Part shown: positions 51,910 to 58,578 of the stretch, in pieces
Position numbering within the stretch: position 1 is the stretch's first letter
Layout: the number at the start of each line of letters is the position of its first letter
Origin: Vicugna vicugna
Lineage: Eukaryota
Direction: 5' to 3'
Assembly (NCBI GenBank): GCA_013265495.1
Contig: MU058141.1
Span: 62,001-120,578 of the forward strand
DNA: 58,578 bases
Notes under the pieces: generated by a model
Told to the model about the DNA's origin: nothing
Seen by the model: only the letters and a program-made list of their open reading frames with translations
The model's database searches: none
Position numbers and translations under genes: made by a program

Positions 51910-53570
51910 TAAAAATTTTTAAACACTCACAAAAATAGAAATTTGGAATGACAGTATAAAAAACTTATCTTTCTCGTAACCATTTGAGCATAAATTGTTA
52001 ACTTGAGATACCATCATTCCTGAGTTCTTTAGTTGGCATTTCCTACCAAGTAAATTATCTTACACATCTCAAATTTTCTATCAAAATCACTAATGTAGCA
52101 CTGATATAATATTATCATCCTCAGGCTCCATTTAAATTTCACCAATTTTTCCAATACTATCTTTTGCAGTAAAAATATTCCTCTCAAATCATGTGCTGCA
52201 CTTAGGCTTATGTCTTTTTAGTATCTTTGAGTCTGGAACAGTTAATTTTTCCTTAACTTGATGACTTGAACAATTATGATCATCACACTTGAGTTATTGT
52301 GTCATTATTTTCCTCACTTCAGGTTGGTCTGATGTTTCCTCATGTTGTGATTTAGGTCAGGCATTTTTGATAGGATTATTACAGAAGTGGTCTTATGTTT
52401 TTACTGCATCCCGTCAACAAAGGACAACTTTCAGTTTATCTCTATATTGACAGTATTCACTTTGATCAACGGATTCAGTCTTCTCAACTGGAAAATTATA
52501 AATTTTCCCTTTGTAATGAATACATGTTTTATTGGAAGCTTTCAAAATGCTATGTAAATATTCCAATCATCATAAAATTTTCTAATCAGGTACTTAATAA
52601 ATTATACCTTCATGAACTAATGCTTTCCATCTTCTCCAATGGGTTACAATCCTTTACTAACATTATTTATTTGGATGTTCAAATAGCCCTCAGTTTGTCC
52701 AGAGGGATCCTATTCAAGCTGCTTCTCTGTCCTTTACGTGTTTGTCATTCTTAGAGCACTTGCTTGCTTTTTGACACAACAAGATAGGGCAGGTTTGTCT
52801 TGTACACACACTGCTCCAGCTGTGGAATCATCTGTCTCTTAAAAGATCTCTGGTTCCTCTTAGTCAAAAATGGTTATTTAGAAACAAATATCTGGGGTGT
52901 TTGGCACACTCATTGTCACTGGGATGTTGCTTTCCTCAGGCTGTCTTATTGGATACAACTCAGTAATATTTGTACACTACTTATACTGCACACACTATAA
53001 CACATACTATACATATACATAGATATATTTCTATGTCAATACATACAAATAAATTAAAAACCATGAGTTCACACCCATATTTTTAATTGCAGTCCAACAG
53101 GACAGAAGTATTCTAGTTTTCTTCCTTTCCTTATTTCTAACTCGTTTCTATTACAGAAAGAATATTTGCTATGATGATCCTTAAACTATTCTCATATTTG
53201 ATCAATCCCTCTATATGTAACAAATCTCCCCTATCTGCCACCATCCCTTCTCTCTCAGGAGGCATCGGCTACGTGCCCAGGTTCCAGTACGTCATACTGG
53301 CCTTTCCTGTGAATAGATGCCCTCCTCAGCCCACACTCTGACTCTCACACTGGGACACTCCACCTTGTGTATGTTCACCACATCGTTTTCTGACTCAGTC
53401 GGCCCACATCAGTCCAAATTCCTATATAGTTTCCTTTACTATGTTCAGTCTCTGACATTCCACCTCTGGCTGCCATCCCTAAAAATGCCTCTTATCCTGA
53501 TTTTGTTCATTCTGTGCAACTGAGACATTTTTAGCCCTTGAAGTTGATGCTCTGTCCCAAAAAGATTTAA
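51910..53570 (-). mobile_element. Old L1 3' UTR (L1MC4/5-like) nested in the opposite-strand L1
   Basis: aaatcatgtgctgcacttagg, ttggatgttcaaatagccctcagtttgtccagagggatcctattcaagctg, tggttatttagaaacaaatatctggg. Confidence 0.6.
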
Positions 53571-53599
53571 CTCAGTTGTTCAGCAAGGGTAAGAAAGGG

Positions 53600-55950
53600 A
53601 AGAAAAAGAGAAGAAAGGAAAAGGTGTAAAATTATATTTACTGAGACAACCTAACTGTGTAGAAAATCCTAATCAATCTATTTTTTTTAAATGCTAAATC
53701 AGTTAAATAAATTAATCAAGGCCACAGTATGCAAGGTCAAAATACAAAATAATTTGTATTTCTACATACTAGCAAAATACACTTAGGAGGTGAACTCTAA
53801 AATTCATACCTTTTACAATAACATTCAAAAACATAAAACACTTAGGGAAAGCCATAGCAGAATATATGTAAGATCTCTATGCTTAAATTTACAAAACATT
53901 ACTGAGAGAAAAAGAAGTCCTAAATAGATAAAAGGATAAAGCATGTTCATAGATTGGAAGATTCAATTTTAAGATGTGTTATGGACTGAATGTCTGTGTC
54001 CCCCCAGATACGTATGTTGAGGCCCTAACCTCAAGTTTGGCTATAATTGGCAATGGGGCCTCTAAGAAAGTAGTCACGGTTAATGAGGTCATAAAGATGG
54101 GGCCCTGATTCTATGGGATTAGTGCCTATAGAAGAAGAGATTCCAGAGAGTTCTCTCTTTCCCCACCCTATCTCCACCTCCATGGGCACATACACACCTA
54201 GGAAAGGCCAATGTGAGGACATTGTGAACAGTTGACCATCTGCAAGCCAGAAGTTGAGCTCTCAACAGAAACCAAACCTGCTGGACCTTGATTTGGAAAT
54301 TTTAGCCTCAAGATCATGAGAAAGTAAGTTTCTGTTGCCTAAGCCATCAGTCTGTGGTGTTTTGTTATGGTAGCCCAAGCAGATTACTATAAGATGTCAC
54401 TTCTCTCCAACTTGATTTATACATTTGATAGAAACCAAATAATAACCCAGTATATTTTAAATATATTTTTGATGAAGCTAAATTTTATACAAAAATGCAA
54501 ATGACATAGAATTGTCAAAAATATTTGAAAGAATCAAAGTTGGTGTACTTACTTGATTTCAAACCTTACTCTGAAGCTACAAATAAGCAAGATAACATAT
54601 ACAATATACAAATAGGTCAATGGAACAGAATTGATCATTCATAATTAGACTAGAATATATATGGTCAATTCATTTTGACTAAGGTATATAACATTTCAAA
54701 CAGAAAGTGTTTTTACAAATTATGCTAAAACAACTGGTTCTCTGAATGGAAAAAATAACAGTGATTAAAAAACCCTTTTTCTGTGTTACACTGTACACAA
54801 AAATGTATGCAAGAGCTAAATGTAAAATACAAAACTATAAATCTACCAGAAGAAAATATGAAGGAAGAATAACCTTATGACCTTAAGGTAATAAAATTTT
54901 TGTTAGCTAGGACTCAGAAAGCACTAACGATAAAAAGAGAAAAACAGGAAGATAAAACAGACTTCATTAAAATTAAAAACTTCTCCTCAACATAAAGAAA
55001 ATGAATGAGTCAGCTAGAGACTGGGAGGAAAATTATTTGTAATAACTATATATCTGACAAAAACTTATATCCAAATGTAAACAACTCCTATGACTCAATT
55101 TATAAAATCTCAACAACCTAATAAAACATTGAGCAAAAGTCAAAAAGACATTGCATGAAGGAATTATGTGCATATATATTATACAGCAGCCATTAGCCAT
55201 TTTATTCAGCCATATTAAAGATGCTCAGCATCCTTAGCCATCAGGGAAATGGAAATAAAGACCGTATTGAAATTCCACTATGTGCTCTGCAGAGTGGCTC
55301 AATATAAAGACACTACCAACACCAATGTTCTCCAGAACATTGGATATTAGGAGCTCTCATACATTAGTGGTGAGAGTTTAAAATGGTACATACAACCATT
55401 TCAGAAGAAAATTAGAATTTTCTCACTAAGTTAACCATATACTTAATCCATAATGGGAAACTTCACTTCTATGCATTTGCCAAACATACACACACGCACA
55501 CACATGTACATGCACACACATACACAAAAGGACTCAAACACCTACCAACAGGAGACTGAATAAACAAGTTGTGGCATACTAATACAATAGAGCACCACTC
55601 AGCAATAACAAAGAATGAACCACTGATAAACACAAAGGCATGCAAAAACCGAAAAAATATTATGGTGAGAAAAAGAAGCCACATGCAAAAGAACACCTGT
55701 TTTGTAAATTCCTTTACATGAAATTCTAAATGAAAAAATATCCATCTCGGTCGAAGGAAGTCAGAACAGTGGTTGCCTGATGTGGGTAGGAGATTGACAA
55801 AGAAGGCACACAGGGAACTTTCCAGGTGTTGGAAACACTTTATATTTTCATGCAATTTCAGGGGTTGATATATTTGTCAAAACACCACAGACCATACCTA
55901 AGATCAGTGTGTTTTGTATAGGTAAGTAAATTATACTTTAAAATTTAAAG
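53600..55950 (+). mobile_element. Old L1 ORF2 and 3' end (L1ME/L1MD-like); an upstream piece lies at about 51740-51910
   Basis: Decayed ORF2 motifs (tagaaaatccta, catgttcatagattggaagattcaat, ggtcaatggaacagaattga, acttcattaaaattaaaaacttct) and 3' UTR gaagtcagaacagtggttgcc. Confidence 0.75.
53977..54391 (+). mobile_element. MaLR solo LTR (MLT1A-like) with a perfect 5-bp TSD
   Basis: tgttatggactgaatgtctgtgtcccccc...tttgttatggtagcccaagcagattacta; TSD AGATG at 53972-53976 and 54392-54396. Confidence 0.9.
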
Positions 55951-56469
55951 ATGCTTTTCATAAAGAGATTTTTTTGAGAAAGTTTAAATATGCCAATAAA
56001 TATAATCTCCCTATTCCTATAACTGTCTAACTCTGTGTGTATTTCTTACTTTCTTTGCTTTTTATCAGCTGTGTTAATATAGAATTACAGAATGTAACGG
56101 TATCTCAAATTTGGTCACCTAAATACTCCATTTTAGGGATAACAAAATGAGAAACACAAGGAATTAAATGATTTTCTCACAATCATACAGAGTTAGTGGC
56201 AGAGCATGGAATTCAACACAAGTCCTGTGATCTACTCTCCCCCCAAAATAATTTACAACACTGTTTGCTTTAACTATGTATTTTCAGTTTTGTGTTTAGT
56301 ATAAGCAATTTCAAAAACATTCTTAAAAAGTAGGCTTGTTATAAAAATAAATTAAAAATACAGAATAGAAATCAAAGGGAAAACAATATATTGCAAGTAC
56401 CTCTATAAAGAAAGATTGGGCATAGAGAATGTATTCTTAATTCACATTTTAAAATCATTCAAAATAAAA

Positions 56470-57310
56470 TAATTTAACAAACATTCCAATTAAAAATGGG
56501 CAAAGAACTTGAATAAACATTTCTCTAAAGAAGATATACAAATAGCCATTAAGACCATGAAAGGATGTTTAACATCATTAGTCCTTAGGGGAATTCAAGT
56601 CAAAACCATAATGAGATTCCATTAAGATGTCTATTATTCAGCAAAACAGAAAAAAATCAAATGTTGGCAAGGGTGTGGATAAATTAGAACCTTTCTGCAT
56701 TGTTGGTGGGAATGTAAAATGGTACAGCGCCTATGGAAAACAGTATGGTGTTTCCTCAAAAGATTAAATATAGAATTACCGTATGATCCAGAAAGTTCAC
56801 ATTTGGGTCCATACACAGAAGTACTGAAAGCTGGAACTCAAACATGTATTTGTACAACAGCACTATTCACAATAGCCAAAAGTGGTAACAACCAAATGTC
56901 CATTGACAAGTGACTAGATAAACAAAATATGGTGTGTACACACGACAGAATATTATTCAGCCTTAAAAAGGAATGGATTCCTGATACATACTACAGTATG
57001 CTTGAACCTTGAAAACATTATGCTAAGTGAAATAAGCTACACAAAAAGGGACAAATATTGTGTGACTCACATAAGGTACTTAGAATAGGCAAATTCATAG
57101 GCAGAAAATAGATTAGTGGGGCACAGGTAAAGCATTAATGGAAAATAATTGTTTAATGAGTTTCAATTTGGGCTGATGGAAATTCTCTGGATGGATACTG
57201 ATGATAGTTGCTAAGAAATTTAAATGTTTCTGATACCACTGAATTGCACACTTAAAAATGATTAAAATGGTAAATTTTATGTTATGTATATTTTACCACA
57301 ATAATAAAAT
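56470..57310 (+). mobile_element. L1 3' end (L1MB-like)
   Basis: ccaattaaaaatgggcaaagaacttgaataaacatttctc; ORF 56719..56913 LWKTVWCFLKRLNIELPYDP; terminus aaaatggtaaattttatgttatgtatattttaccacaat. Confidence 0.9.
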
Positions 57311-57835
57311 AAATTATTTTAGAAACTTTATCAGCATATTTTAATATACATGATGTGCAACGCCTTTTATACACGTGAAGAGAAATGTAATAAATGCATG
57401 CCCCTAAAGACTCACTGAGATATTTTTTAGATAATTTTATTGTCAAAAGCCTGGCTTTGCCCCAGAACCATTAATGTAATTTCTAAAATAATTTGTACAT
57501 ATTTATATTATTTAAAATGACTGCAAGCTTTTTAAAATTTAAACATTTAAAAACTTTTAGTATACTTAGTAAATGTATTTCATGTATATGTATTTCAAAT
57601 TGTTATTCTTTATTGGGAAGATATTGTAATATGTGCATGTTTATGTGGGCAAGTATGTGCTTTTCTTGAGATATATTTTTGCCTGAAAATGTTCCAGTTT
57701 TCTGTTGCAGTGTGAATCAATTATTTTCTTAGTGATATTAATTTGCAGAAACGTTTGCCTATGTTTCTAACAGTGATAAAATCTTTGCATTCAAGTTTGT
57801 CTTAACTGAAAACAATAAGGCTAAAAACATTTCTC

Positions 57836-58150
57836 TGTGATTCGCGCAGAGCTGTCAGCCCCAGTTCTGCCCTGAAGCACAGAATGTGGCCCCAGCTGTG
57901 GGAAATCCTTCACGGATTGTCTCAGTTTCAGAGAGCTGCCTCACCCAAAGTCACCATTTCCCAGGGGAGCTCACATGCAGAATTGTGGACGGGTAGGAGG
58001 GTCTGACTATTTCAATGAAAGAAGTTTCTGGCAGGATATTTAAGCTCCAGAGCCCCATTGAGGTGGGCTGAGGCCATAGGGCATCACTGATTAACTCTCC
58101 CTTAGTTCAATCCTGATTCTTATATTTCCCTTCCACAGATGCTTATGCAA
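57836..58150 (+). mobile_element. ERVL LTR fragment (LTR16-like)
   Basis: gagagctgcctcacccaaagtcac, ctccagagcccc...ggctgaggcc, caatcctgattctt...cccttccacagatg. Confidence 0.65.
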
Positions 58151-58578
58151 AAAACAAAGCAAAAGAGACAAACAAACAAACACCTAATATGTGTTTTGAA
58201 AGGCTACATCGTGCAATACCCCAAATATACACTATTTGCTTGTTACCTGACTACTGCTAAAATTTATACTGGTAAAATGTTCTCTGCATTCTTATCTGAT
58301 TAGATCCAAAATTTAAAGACTGTCTCTAGAGTTTATCTGAAAATGTCTGCTTGTGACAGTTTTGCATTGCTCATTTTTAATCTAATTTGCTTTGGAACCA
58401 TTTAAATTTTACCAAGAAGGAAAAAAGCTACTTTGTGAAAGCTTTGAAATCATTCTGATTTTCCCCAAAGAAATTATGATCAAGTCAGGTTCATTGTAGT
58501 GTGAGATGAAGAATTTATTAGTAGCCACTGGTTTTGAAGTCTCTCTGGCTTCTTACCTATTTAGAAAAAAAAAAAAAA

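Noticed and set aside
1..58578. CRISPR array, operon or other prokaryote-type system
   Set aside because: The sequence is mammalian intron; no regularly spaced repeat-spacer array or dense coding region was seen.

Overview
Mammalian genomic DNA, probably camelid (two tRNA-Ala-derived Vic-1-like SINEs). The window lies inside a type II cadherin gene on the minus strand that I recognise as CDH10. Three internal coding exons (295, 120 and 168 bp, all AG/GT-bounded, EC1-EC2) splice into one open frame; the rest is AT-rich intron full of old repeats (L1, L2, MIR, MaLR/ERVL LTRs, hAT and Tigger elements). The most informative stretch is about 34.4-39.7 kb, antisense to CDH10: a 5'-truncated processed pseudogene of a GC-rich gene I could not name, a MER41-like solo LTR inserted into it, and a decayed MER34-family provirus whose env is colinear with HEMO/ERVMER34-1 as I recall it. 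An 870-bp duplication around a 31-N gap is probably an assembly artefact, and a diverged ~370-bp direct repeat brackets an old L1 block. I found no intact novel gene system. Most entries in the ORF track are chance or repeat-derived. Repeat family names and protein matches are from recall, not database searches, and old-repeat boundaries are approximate.
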